DNA of 64,000 nt from Promethearchaeota archaeon (GCA_030603385.1 JAUVXW010000018.1:8499-72498); one strand, 5' to 3'. Positions 20,479-30,444 are shown, counted from the stretch's first letter. Notes: a model not told the origin generated them from the letters alone. Made by a program: numbers and translations.

Positions 20479-20835
20479 TTAGGGATATAGGTTCTCATGT
20501 CCTTTACGATTAAACTCGTAGCATCCTTCACAATACCACGTATTTAAAACAGGATTATAAATTAAATCGAGTTCTGTTTTACCGCATAGTCTGCACCCAA
20601 CTACGGAGTGAAGAAAAGCTCTTTTCAATTCCTCGCTTTTTTGATAAATCTGCTGAATTTTTTTCTTCTTAACTTCATATTCTAATGACTTATCATATCT
20701 TATTTTGTTGATCTGTTCATGTAACCTTGAAGCATGATCCTCAAATGCTTGACGTAATAAGTTCCTCAATTCAGTTCTAACCCTACGTAACTGAGGGTTT
20801 TTGAGGGTGATTGATCTCTTTTCCTTCGTTCTCAT
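20479..20835 (-). CDS. Hypothetical protein, N-terminal helical region and C-terminal zinc finger
   Basis: CRLC...WYCEGC. Confidence 0.7.
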   Translation of the reverse strand: MRTKEKRSITLKNPQLRRVRTELRNLLRQAFEDHASRLHEQINKIRYDKSLEYEVKKKKIQQIYQKSEELKRAFLHSVVGCRLCGKTELDLIYNPVLNTWYCEGCYEFNRKGHENLYP

Positions 20836-20967
20836 AATTGAATAATAAAGAAATGGCTATTTAAGTATTACGCTTACATGGACATGTCCATGAATATTAG
20901 AAGATGCATCGGAACTCTTAGAAGGAACTCATAACATACCTGACAATACCATCGGTTTAAAATAGGA

Positions 20968-21867
20968 TTATAATTCTAATAGTTTTGGAATTATTTCATC
21001 ATTTTTAATTATTGCATAAGATGCGGGGGATGGAGCAAACATCCCTCGATAATTGGCACTTGAGAATATCGATAACAAATGGTTGTGAAAAAACCACCTA
21101 TATCCTTCTGGGAAGCATTCGTGAGATCTAATAAGTAATTTAAGATTGTTTTCCTTCATAAAATTATCAAAAACATCTTCACCAAAAGATTTAATGCCAG
21201 AACCTCTAAAACTTTCTGTAAATCCTTTTAATCCTGCTTTAGGATCATTCCACATAATCTGAAATAAACCAAGTGAGACTGATTTTAATAATGATTTTCT
21301 CTCTTTTGTTTTAATGCCTCTTAATTCCTTGAGAATATCAATATCTTGGGGAATTCCACCATGGAGACATAAAATAGTGTCATTAATAATTGCACATATA
21401 GGAAGTACATTATATAATTTTAATATCTCATTAAAATTGTCAGAATTATTGAATCTATTAACGAAATCTTGAAAAAACCCATAGTATTGATTCATTTCTA
21501 AAGTTTCATGATTTCCTTTTAATATATAATATTTTTGAGAATCAAGAATCTTTAAGGCTAATATAATCAATAAACATTCTAACTGTTTTGGACCACGATC
21601 AACGATATCTCCTAAAAAGATAACTACTTCTGGATTATTTTTATTTATAATTTCAATTAATTTCAATAAAGTGTCTAAATTTCCATGAATATCCCCAATT
21701 ACATAAATCTCCTTATCTTTATCTTTTAAATTGAACTCTAAAAGTAAATTTTCTTTTTCAAAAAAATCTTTAGCATTTTGTAGAATTTTTGAAATATCAT
21801 CAAATCTTAAATCAGATAATAAAAATGGATTATTAATCAATTCTTTCAAAAAAGCATGTTCAATCAA
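20968..21867 (-). CDS. PPP-family serine/threonine protein phosphatase, eukaryote-like
   Basis: GDIHG, GDIVDRG, KGNHE, HGGI, WNDP, RSHE, SIFSSANY. Confidence 0.92.
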   Translation of the reverse strand: MIEHAFLKELINNPFLLSDLRFDDISKILQNAKDFFEKENLLLEFNLKDKDKEIYVIGDIHGNLDTLLKLIEIINKNNPEVVIFLGDIVDRGPKQLECLLIILALKILDSQKYYILKGNHETLEMNQYYGFFQDFVNRFNNSDNFNEILKLYNVLPICAIINDTILCLHGGIPQDIDILKELRGIKTKERKSLLKSVSLGLFQIMWNDPKAGLKGFTESFRGSGIKSFGEDVFDNFMKENNLKLLIRSHECFPEGYRWFFHNHLLSIFSSANYRGMFAPSPASYAIIKNDEIIPKLLEL

Positions 21868-22012
21868 AATTTTCCTCTTTTAAGAGCTTAATAAGAAAAT
21901 TTTTCTATTAATTATCTTCTTATTTTTAATATTATTTCTATAATTTTTATTAATAAGGAAATCTAAATTAAAAACAGAATTAACAGAAAATTCTAAAAAT
22001 TGTTAACTATCA

Positions 22013-24094
22013 ATGGATAAGTTGCCATCTCAAGATTTTTTAACGTATCTAAATAAGGTTATTAGAGACTTTGAGAATGAAAAAGTTAATGGAAAAACTA
22101 ATAATAGGAGTTTAGGAGTAATATATACTCCAAAGTTTATTGTTGATTATATTGTTTCAAATGTCTTCAAATTATATTTTGAAGAGTTTTTCAATTTTCC
22201 ACAAACCTCTAATACAAAATCCATTTTTGAAATTTTACAACATTTTTTATCTAAAAACCATTATCTAAAAACTAAATTCATCAAAAAACTCAAAAATATT
22301 AAAATATTGGATCCTGCTTGTGGATCTGGAAGATTTATGATTTCTTCCGCTGAAAAACTTTATCATTTTTATAAAACTCTAAATTCTGGATTAGATGATT
22401 ACGAGGTAAAACGAGCCATATTACAAGAAAATCTATATGGGATTGAAATTGAGAAATCTGCTTACATTATCACAAAATTGCAATTAATATCTTGGCTTTT
22501 TTCTGATAATGAAACTCAACATAATCTTCCTAATTTTAATACAAAAGATTTAAACCTAGAAGAGATTAACCAATTAATTAATGAGATTGACATTAAACTC
22601 AATCTATTCAACTTAGACTTTCTTTTAGAGTTTGAATTTGGAGAGTTTGATATAATAATAGGAAATCCTCCTTATGTTGAAAATAAGAAAATAGATTCTG
22701 AATATAAAAATAAATTGTATGAAAATTTCAAGTCAGCATACAAATTATTCGATCTCTCTGTTATATTTATCGAAAAATCGATTGAATTAATGAAAGAGAA
22801 TGGCTATCTCTCCTTTATTTTACCAAATAAATTTTTATCGGCTGATTACGGAATTAAAATCCGAGAGCTATTAATAGAGAACATTGAACTTAGAGAAATT
22901 GTTAATGTTTCTTCTTTATCTGTTTTTCAAAAAGCATCAACGTATCCAATAATTATATATTTTAAAAAGGGCAAATCTAGTGATAAGAATGAGATTATTA
23001 TAAGAAGATTTGATGAACTTGATGATCTTCTGACCTGTAATGATTCAAATTTAATAAAATTGCCTCAGAAATTAATCAGTGGCCTGCCTTCTAATGTTAT
23101 CCCTATTTCAGGTAATATTGATTTAATTGAATTTTTGTATAATAAATTTAAATCATTCAAGGATACCTTTAAGGATTTAAAAATCATATATCGTCCCTTT
23201 GGATTTTTGAAATACAGTAAAAATTTTGATAATATCAGTGAAGAACCCCGTTCTGATAAGGATCTCTTGTTGATCGGGACGGGAAATGTAGGAAAGTATC
23301 ATATTAAATTTAATAAAAGAATAAAAATCGCCAAGAGAGATCTTGAAATTTCATATTTTAATTATAATCCTACTTTTAAACCTATTTGGCAAGACCTCAA
23401 CCAAGAAAAGATTATTTTTAGAGAAATTGCTAAAGAATTAACATGTGTCTATGATCCCGGAATCTTTACTAATATAACTGGTTTATATTTCGTAAGAATC
23501 CCTTCGATAAATACTGAGAAACTATATTGTCTCTTAACAATATTAAACTCAAAATTATTGGATACAGTGTTTAAAACATTATTTAGTTCTCTTCACATGG
23601 CTGGAGGTTATTTACGATTTAATGGTAGTTTCATTAAAAGATTACCATTACCAAGAAAATTTCCTGTGTTTTTATCACAATTGGGAAAAATTCTACAACT
23701 TCTTTCACAATTAAAATATGATTTTGATTCAAAAGAAATTGTAAGAAATCCTGTTATCGAGAGATCTAATAACAAATACTATAATGAAATACAGTGTTAT
23801 CTTAAATTTTTTACAAGATTGAGCAATTCTTTGGTGAATTTATTGTTTTTAGATGATTTTTATTTAGAGTCTAATTTAGATTATTATTTATTAAGAGAAT
23901 TATTCGATTTAAAAATAGAACCACAAAAAGTTCCATACAAATTTTTAACTCCCCGATTCGATATTTATAAAATCTTTTCATTAAATGAATTAGATTCTAT
24001 TTTAACTAAAATAAAAAAACTTTATAGCCGATTACATAATAATACAGGTTTAATAAATCAAATAGATGACCTAATGAAAAATAATTTTAGTTAA
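22013..24094 (+). CDS. N6-adenine DNA methyltransferase (gamma class, TaqI/Eco57I-like) with target recognition domain
   Basis: YTP, ILDPACGSGRF motif I, FDIIIGNPPY motif IV, ILNS...GGYLRF...IKRLPLP C-terminal region. Confidence 0.88.
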   Translation: MDKLPSQDFLTYLNKVIRDFENEKVNGKTNNRSLGVIYTPKFIVDYIVSNVFKLYFEEFFNFPQTSNTKSIFEILQHFLSKNHYLKTKFIKKLKNIKILDPACGSGRFMISSAEKLYHFYKTLNSGLDDYEVKRAILQENLYGIEIEKSAYIITKLQLISWLFSDNETQHNLPNFNTKDLNLEEINQLINEIDIKLNLFNLDFLLEFEFGEFDIIIGNPPYVENKKIDSEYKNKLYENFKSAYKLFDLSVIFIEKSIELMKENGYLSFILPNKFLSADYGIKIRELLIENIELREIVNVSSLSVFQKASTYPIIIYFKKGKSSDKNEIIIRRFDELDDLLTCNDSNLIKLPQKLISGLPSNVIPISGNIDLIEFLYNKFKSFKDTFKDLKIIYRPFGFLKYSKNFDNISEEPRSDKDLLLIGTGNVGKYHIKFNKRIKIAKRDLEISYFNYNPTFKPIWQDLNQEKIIFREIAKELTCVYDPGIFTNITGLYFVRIPSINTEKLYCLLTILNSKLLDTVFKTLFSSLHMAGGYLRFNGSFIKRLPLPRKFPVFLSQLGKILQLLSQLKYDFDSKEIVRNPVIERSNNKYYNEIQCYLKFFTRLSNSLVNLLFLDDFYLESNLDYYLLRELFDLKIEPQKVPYKFLTPRFDIYKIFSLNELDSILTKIKKLYSRLHNNTGLINQIDDLMKNNFS

Positions 24095-24212
24095 AAGGCA
24101 ATTTTCAAATAGTCTTTCTTTAGGTACAATCGAATAAAAATTAAATTTTAACAAATATTATATATTTAAAATATTAATTAGTAAAAATCAATTAAAATTG
24201 GGAGTAAGAATT

Positions 24213-24527
24213 ATGGCTAAAAAAAAGAGCGCTCCACGTGAAGAAAAAGATCTTGAACTTCCAAATGGAAAAATAGATGAAGATGGAGATGAAATAATAG
24301 ATCTATCTGATTGGGAAGATAATTTAGAAGAAGATATTATTTATGAAATCCCAGATGATGATGAAATGATCGCGGAGGAGTCTGAGGATGAAGAATTTGG
24401 GATGGAAGTTGATGATATTATCAAAATGTTACGAGATGTAAAATGTAAACCTTGCCCAGGTTTGAAGAGCAAACCAGATTGTAAAATTGCTCATGATTAT
24501 GGGTGTCCAAAACCAAAGAAGCCATAA
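24213..24527 (+). CDS. Hypothetical highly acidic protein with C-terminal Cys cluster
   Basis: D/E-rich core; CKPC...C.....C tail; ATG at 24213. Confidence 0.7.
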   Translation: MAKKKSAPREEKDLELPNGKIDEDGDEIIDLSDWEDNLEEDIIYEIPDDDEMIAEESEDEEFGMEVDDIIKMLRDVKCKPCPGLKSKPDCKIAHDYGCPKPKKP

Positions 24528-24588
24528 AAATTATATTTTATTTTTTTATTATTTAAACGCTTATATCATTCTTGATTAGTGGAATATT

Positions 24589-25587
24589 TTGCTTTCAAAT
24601 ACACACAAACGCATTATATTAATTATTATTGATGTATTATTTAGCTGGTACATCTGGGAAATAAATATTTCGTTAGGTAATCCATGTTATACAACTGCTT
24701 TTTCAAAATGTTTTATGTTATCAATAACCACCTTCTTAATCGTCTATACTCCGTTTGAAATTTATTTTTCGTTTCGTGATCTCTGGTTTGATCGTTGGCC
24801 AAAACTTTATCATAAAGATTTAGAAGTATCAACCATAAAAATTAACGTTTCAGATGGATTTTTATCAGCAAATCTGGTAAAAAACCAGAATCAAGCAAAA
24901 ATTGAATTAAAAAATGCTATAGTTATAGTTTGTCATGGGTTTTCAGACACGAAAGAAACGCTTGAATATTTCTATTATCCGCTTGCTTACCAAGGTTATG
25001 TTGTTTTAGCTTATGATGCCAGAGGTACGGGAAAATCTAAAAAAGCAGGAAAAAGAAGTAATTTTTTAAAAAGAATTGAGGATTTTAAAAAAATAATTGA
25101 GTGGGTTAAAAATCAAGAAGAATTTTCTATTATGAAAATCTCTTGTGTTGGTTTTAGTATAGGTGCAATAACAGTTTTATCTGGAGGTTTTTTAGATAGA
25201 AATATCGAAAAAATTGTTGCAATTTCTTCAATGTCACATTACAAGCAAAATATTCCTAAATACAATCCTATTATAAGGCTTAGTTACTTTTTAAAAGGAG
25301 TAAATTTGTTCCCTAATGATGTGGAAAATAAAATGTTATCTCCTTATTTATTGATACAAAATGCAAAAAAAGAACTAACATTAGAAGAGTGGAAAATTTT
25401 ATCTAAAAAGGTTATGTTAATCCACTGTATAAATGACAGAGTAATAAAATTCAAGAATTTTAAAGAAAATAAAATGATTTTAGAATCTCCAGAGAAAAAT
25501 GTGCTTATATTGAAAAAAGGAGGACATTCCCAAAAGAAAAACGAAAGTGTATTGGTTGGGGCAACACTCAAATTCTTAAATTCTTAA
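24589..25587 (+). CDS. Membrane-anchored alpha/beta hydrolase
   Basis: Two N-terminal hydrophobic segments; CHGF, YDARGTG, GFSIG, D...GGH. Confidence 0.85.
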   Translation: MLSNTHKRIILIIIDVLFSWYIWEINISLGNPCYTTAFSKCFMLSITTFLIVYTPFEIYFSFRDLWFDRWPKLYHKDLEVSTIKINVSDGFLSANLVKNQNQAKIELKNAIVIVCHGFSDTKETLEYFYYPLAYQGYVVLAYDARGTGKSKKAGKRSNFLKRIEDFKKIIEWVKNQEEFSIMKISCVGFSIGAITVLSGGFLDRNIEKIVAISSMSHYKQNIPKYNPIIRLSYFLKGVNLFPNDVENKMLSPYLLIQNAKKELTLEEWKILSKKVMLIHCINDRVIKFKNFKENKMILESPEKNVLILKKGGHSQKKNESVLVGATLKFLNS

Positions 25588-25681
25588 AACGCAAGAAATC
25601 AGATTAAATTTCATATTTTGTTTAGTTTAAATAACTTGATCCTAAACTTCTTCTGAAAAAATCTACAATATCATTTTTCAA

Positions 25682-25864
25682 ATGTATGAATGTAAAATTT
25701 GTAGAAAATATATTAAAGCTGAAAATTTAAAAAATACATTTCAATTCACTTTAGGAAATGTAAAATGCGGAAAATTTCATGGTGTAAAGTCTTATTACTA
25801 TCATGTAAAATGTTTAAATAAAGTTGACTCTAAAGAAGTAAAATTACTAGTTCCTATTACTTAA
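25682..25864 (+). CDS. Small zinc-finger protein (CxxC...HxxC)
   Basis: CKIC ... YHVKC. Confidence 0.6.
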   Translation: MYECKICRKYIKAENLKNTFQFTLGNVKCGKFHGVKSYYYHVKCLNKVDSKEVKLLVPIT

Positions 25865-25906
25865 AAGCTCATAACCATAAAAAACTAATTTTTTTTTTTT
25901 TAATAT

Positions 25907-27355
25907 CTAAGCAATAACTTCATCCCATTTAGAGAAATTTACGATTCTTTTATAATTTTTGACAATATTAGCAAATATTACACAACCAATACAAAACATA
26001 TTTACAAAATCTTCTTCAGTTAAGTTTAACAATTTGCTCGTTTTTTTAGAAAAACCAATCCCTCGTTCCACTTCAATTCGACCATTGTATCCTGATAAGT
26101 TAACAACAAATTCTTCCTTATCTAACCCAACTGTAAAATTTCCTCGTGCGATTCTTCCTAACCCTCCAATCGGTATAACCATTCCTTTACATTGAGCTAA
26201 ATATATCCTTAAGTCAAATGTATGTTTTCCCCCACTCCAATCAATTAAAGAAAAATTGGCCTTTTCTTGTATAGTGTATGGATACGGATTACGATTTTTC
26301 ATAAATTTAGCAAAAAACTCGTTCTTGCTTGTCTCAATAATATTTTTTAAATTAGTTGGTTGTTCATCTTTAGAAACAGGGATAACCCCAGCCCCTCCTG
26401 ATCCTCCACTAGGTTTAATAATAAATGATTTATTATAATTCTTTAAAAGATAACTTAACTTATCTATTAAATCTTTATCATCAAAAGCTTTAGTAAATAG
26501 TAGATATCTAAGATTATATTTTCTTAAAATATCTTTACTAAAAAAGCTCGCGAGGTATGTTAAAGATTTATCGTCTGTGACTTTGAAAATTGGGTTTACA
26601 ACTATTGTTTTAATATAGCGAAAATCTTTCTTTATCTGCTCGTGAAAATTTTTATTGTTTATTCGTCTTGTAATACCATCACCGATTAAAACACTTATTT
26701 TTTCACCTTTATATTTAATAAAATTCTCAGAAAATGAGAGAGAAGTAGAGAGTTGTCTATAATCTGCTATTAGAAAAATGATATTAGCTTTAAAATCGAT
26801 ATTAAAACTTTCTCTGTTGAAAATTTTAACACTATGTCCTTCTGATTTGAGTGTTTTCCTGAAATATTCTATCATGATTACTTTTTCATGGATTAAAGCA
26901 TCATCAACCGGTACTCCAATTAATACAAAAACTTTATCATCTTTTCTTTCATTTTTCTTAATTGCTTGATAGATAGCTTCAAGGTATCCATTATATAATC
27001 GGGCTTGCTGGTTTTTAGTAAGAATAGAAAGTCCTCTATGTGATCCGCCATTAGTTTCTAAAAGAAAAAATTTTTTTCCTTCAGGTTCATCAGATACCAT
27101 GAAATCAATACTCCCAGAGTAAAAGCAGTCGTTATTAGCTAGAATATTGTCTTCATTTTTTTTCATCTTCTTTAATGCTTTATCTCTAATAAGATCTACA
27201 AAAAAATCTTGCTGTGAAGCTCTTAATTCTGCGAAAGATACCAAATCTAAGCCTAATGAGTTTCCAAGTTTGATTAATTCAAGATCAGAGGCTGTAATCG
27301 TGGAAGACATTAATTTAAGAAACCTAGTAAGCAAATCCTCTTCCATATAAATCAT
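25907..27355 (-). CDS. Circularly permuted ATP-grasp ligase (YheC/D- or TTL-like motifs)
   Basis: SIDF...FLLETN near the N-terminus; IIKPSGGSGGAGV, IQE, FDLRIY, RIA...VVNLS near the C-terminus. Confidence 0.75.
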   Translation of the reverse strand: MIYMEEDLLTRFLKLMSSTITASDLELIKLGNSLGLDLVSFAELRASQQDFFVDLIRDKALKKMKKNEDNILANNDCFYSGSIDFMVSDEPEGKKFFLLETNGGSHRGLSILTKNQQARLYNGYLEAIYQAIKKNERKDDKVFVLIGVPVDDALIHEKVIMIEYFRKTLKSEGHSVKIFNRESFNIDFKANIIFLIADYRQLSTSLSFSENFIKYKGEKISVLIGDGITRRINNKNFHEQIKKDFRYIKTIVVNPIFKVTDDKSLTYLASFFSKDILRKYNLRYLLFTKAFDDKDLIDKLSYLLKNYNKSFIIKPSGGSGGAGVIPVSKDEQPTNLKNIIETSKNEFFAKFMKNRNPYPYTIQEKANFSLIDWSGGKHTFDLRIYLAQCKGMVIPIGGLGRIARGNFTVGLDKEEFVVNLSGYNGRIEVERGIGFSKKTSKLLNLTEEDFVNMFCIGCVIFANIVKNYKRIVNFSKWDEVIA

Positions 27356-27492
27356 TCAATATTATAGTTATGTAATAATTCTAATACAATCTTATTTTAT
27401 AATTTTTTACTAAATAAAATCCTCATTCTTATTATTTTAATAAATTAGAACAAGATATCTTGGATTTTGGTTATTTTAATTCATAGTAATAA

Positions 27493-28725
27493 CTATAAGT
27501 ATAAATAACCTTGATGATTACCTTTTGTAGATAATCTAAGACTCCCAAGCAAGATTTTTTTTATTTGAAGTTGCTGTTTATAAGTCAAGTCTGAATAAAG
27601 TAATATAAAGTTTTTCTCAACATTTATAGTAAAAAGAAGTCCAATTTCCACTAATTTAGAATTTTCTGTTAATAAACCAATTATTACATAATGATAAGGT
27701 AACTTCACTAATTCATTGATGTTTATTTCTGTTTCAACAATTTCGTCTATTTCCGTATCATAATCAGTTTTTATAAATTTCATATCATTTAGCGGGATAG
27801 AAATTTTTCTAAAAACCTCAAATTTCTTTGAAAATTGACTTTGTCTTAGAAATCTTCTTTCTTCTTTATCTTTTTCATAGAAATATTCATTTACCTCCTT
27901 TATCAAATACATTTTTCTATTTTTTCTTTGATTTGAGGCTGTCTTTTCAATATCCTTTAATTCTTCAATAGTATCATCATGAAAAGCAATTAAAACATCT
28001 GGATCTACTGTTTTTATGAAAAAATTCTTATATAGGATACCTGCTTCAGTTTTTATCCAGCCATCAGTATCAATCAAAATAAAATCAATATTTTTATGTT
28101 CTGCGATGTAATCATCAATCATTTTCCTACATGAAAGTGATACAATGTATTTATAATCCCCCTTAGGGTATGTTGCTCCAATAAATACAGTATTTTCGGA
28201 ATGAATATTTTTATTCGAAATAATATATTCTTTTATTGTACCTAAATTGAGAGTGGTAGGAATATAAATAATTTGTTGTCCAAGATCAGAATCTAGGTAT
28301 CCTCCTTTTAATCCTTCTTTCATAAAACTATTTGCCAAGTATTTGATGAGTGTTGTTTTTCCATTACTAAAACCTATCACCATTATTTTTAAAGGAGTTT
28401 CTTTTTCCTTTTTTAGTTCTTTTAATATCTCACTTTTAATATCAACCCATGTTGACGAAATTGAATTTTCTTTGACTAATTTTAGATTTTTTTCATTACT
28501 AGTATAGATTTCTAGTTTTGCATCCTCATTTGCATAGAGGGGATAACATTGGGCACTAGGTATTATTAAAACATTTTCGTCTTCAATATTGGATATATCT
28601 GATGTTGAGCTTTCCTTTTCTGGAAGAACTAACTTTCCAAAAACGTCTAATTTTCCCTCTAATAATGTTACTCTCGCGGGGCCTTTTACTATTAAAGTAT
28701 TTCCTTTATCAATATTCTTAATCAT
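27493..28725 (-). CDS. Clp1/Grc3-like polynucleotide 5'-kinase
   Basis: VKGPA N-domain, GKTT, DSDLGQ, IDTDGW, ERRFLR lid. Confidence 0.85.
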   Translation of the reverse strand: MIKNIDKGNTLIVKGPARVTLLEGKLDVFGKLVLPEKESSTSDISNIEDENVLIIPSAQCYPLYANEDAKLEIYTSNEKNLKLVKENSISSTWVDIKSEILKELKKEKETPLKIMVIGFSNGKTTLIKYLANSFMKEGLKGGYLDSDLGQQIIYIPTTLNLGTIKEYIISNKNIHSENTVFIGATYPKGDYKYIVSLSCRKMIDDYIAEHKNIDFILIDTDGWIKTEAGILYKNFFIKTVDPDVLIAFHDDTIEELKDIEKTASNQRKNRKMYLIKEVNEYFYEKDKEERRFLRQSQFSKKFEVFRKISIPLNDMKFIKTDYDTEIDEIVETEININELVKLPYHYVIIGLLTENSKLVEIGLLFTINVEKNFILLYSDLTYKQQLQIKKILLGSLRLSTKGNHQGYLYL

Positions 28726-28969
28726 GAGTTATTCATCTAATGTACAAATTAACTTAAAAATATTATTTTTTGAGTTGATTATGTTTCCATACTTCTTTTT
28801 TTTTATTTCAGAAACTAAACATCTTTGAAATAGGATTACCGGACATCCCCTCTGGGTGTTATATATGTCATACAAACCTAAAGTAATATATTTAAATACA
28901 TTTCATTTATATAAAAACGGAAGTTAGAGAGATTTGAACTTCATAAATTAACAAAATATAACTCTTTCT

Positions 28970-29497
28970 TTATTTTCTCTGAGCTTTATAGCATGGAATA
29001 CACATACTACTATTCTTATAGAACATAAGTCTACTATTCATAGTGGGCTCACCACAAATGTCACACGGTATAGATTCTTCTATCTCTGCTAGACCAGGAG
29101 GATTAAATTCTATTTCATATATTGAAAATATATTTTCAGGTTTTGAATCAAGTAAATGTTTAATACGTTCGTGTTTTGATAACTTCTTTTTTCCAAAAGC
29201 TTTACTTTTTAAGGATAATTTTATAGCTTTTTCAGTTTCTCTATTATAGAAATAATAATTAAGTTTACCGTAATCTTGATGAATTAGATTTCCTTTGCCA
29301 TATGTAGTTCCTAATAAAGCTTGAAATGCATCAATGCTACAATTATCATTCTCAACAACCGCAACCACCTCTTCATTGGGAGAATATTTGAAACCATGTT
29401 CTAACACATATTTAGCAGCTAAAACACCTATAGCTAAACCGGGACATATATGCCCATGAAACCGTGTTGCCTTTTCCATTAATTCTTTAGTTTCCAT
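28970..29497 (-). CDS. FmdE/FwdE family protein with C-terminal zinc finger
   Basis: FHGHICPGLAIG, ENDNCSIDA, TYGKGN, CDICGE...CIPC. Confidence 0.92.
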   Translation of the reverse strand: METKELMEKATRFHGHICPGLAIGVLAAKYVLEHGFKYSPNEEVVAVVENDNCSIDAFQALLGTTYGKGNLIHQDYGKLNYYFYNRETEKAIKLSLKSKAFGKKKLSKHERIKHLLDSKPENIFSIYEIEFNPPGLAEIEESIPCDICGEPTMNSRLMFYKNSSMCIPCYKAQRK

Positions 29498-29602
29498 TGG
29501 GGGTGATACATTTTTTTTTGTTAAATACCAGATATATAATTTATTACATGTTTTAAATATATTTAATCTATAAGAATTTAATTAAATAATAGTCATAATA
29601 AT

Positions 29603-30097
29603 ATGAAATTTTTAGTCGATTCAATGTTAGGTAAACTAGCTCGATTCCTAAGGATATTTGGCTATGATACTTTATATGCAAACGACTTAGTAGATTTCTT
29701 CAAGATGGATCCTGTCCCTGACGAAAAATTATTAGCTTTTGCAAAGAAAACTAATAGGTTTGTTATAACAAAAGATTATCCATTTTATAAGAGTTTTACT
29801 GAAAATACCATATATTTGAGAGGAGAGGGTGTATATAATTATTTAAATCAACTAAAAGAAACTCTGAGATTGAATTTTAAATTCAATATTCAGAATGCAA
29901 GATGTTCTATCTGCAATTCAAAAATGAAAAAAGTTAAGGAAAAAAGCGATATTAAACATCTTGTTTTACGAGAAACTTTTAATCAATATAATGACTTTTA
30001 TCAATGTTTAAATTTGCAATGTAAAAAAGTCTATTGGAAAGGTTCTCATATTGATGATATTGAGAATAGATTAGGATCAAATTCTATTCAGGATTAA
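29603..30097 (+). CDS. Mut7-C RNase (PIN-like) domain protein
   Basis: FLVDSMLGKLARFLR.FGYD, ITKD, RCSICN, C..C.KVYW.GSH. Confidence 0.9.
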   Translation: MKFLVDSMLGKLARFLRIFGYDTLYANDLVDFFKMDPVPDEKLLAFAKKTNRFVITKDYPFYKSFTENTIYLRGEGVYNYLNQLKETLRLNFKFNIQNARCSICNSKMKKVKEKSDIKHLVLRETFNQYNDFYQCLNLQCKKVYWKGSHIDDIENRLGSNSIQD

Positions 30098-30102
30098 TAA
30101 AA

Positions 30103-30339
30103 TCACACTTGCTTTTTTTGAAAATATTTTTCTTTAATTTCCATGAATCTTTGTTTAGTTTGTTCAGCAAGTTCAGTGTACTTTCCTTTCGTATACATAT
30201 TATGGGCTTGATTTAATAATTCAAGGCATTTTCGATATTCTACATTCTTGAAATGATTTTCTGATAAAGATACTAAGTAATCGCCCTTTTTCTTATAGAA
30301 TTCAATGAATTGGTCCGAAGTGTCAATTTTCCATGCCAT
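30103..30339 (-). CDS. Small helical (TPR-like) hypothetical protein
   Basis: 78 aa ATG-started ORF with helical pattern. Confidence 0.6.
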   Translation of the reverse strand: MAWKIDTSDQFIEFYKKKGDYLVSLSENHFKNVEYRKCLELLNQAHNMYTKGKYTELAEQTKQRFMEIKEKYFQKKQV

Positions 30340-30444
30340 TTTATTTTAACTACATAAAATCTAGTTTAAATAATATAATATTTTGTATTCTAGATTATAA
30401 TAACTTAACTAAAATTTATACATTTTCTTCTACTATTTCTATTT

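Noticed and set aside
28830-28875. GC-richer patch with a weak hairpin upstream of the Clp1-like gene (possible sRNA or SECIS)
   Set aside because: Only a 5-bp stem; boxes not convincing; the upstream gene has no UGA to recode
28915-28945. tRNA 3'-end-like sequence (reverse strand GTTCAAATCTCTC) and a GAAGTT/AACTTC inverted repeat
   Set aside because: No T-stem pairing or cloverleaf and no integrase nearby; compatible with chance
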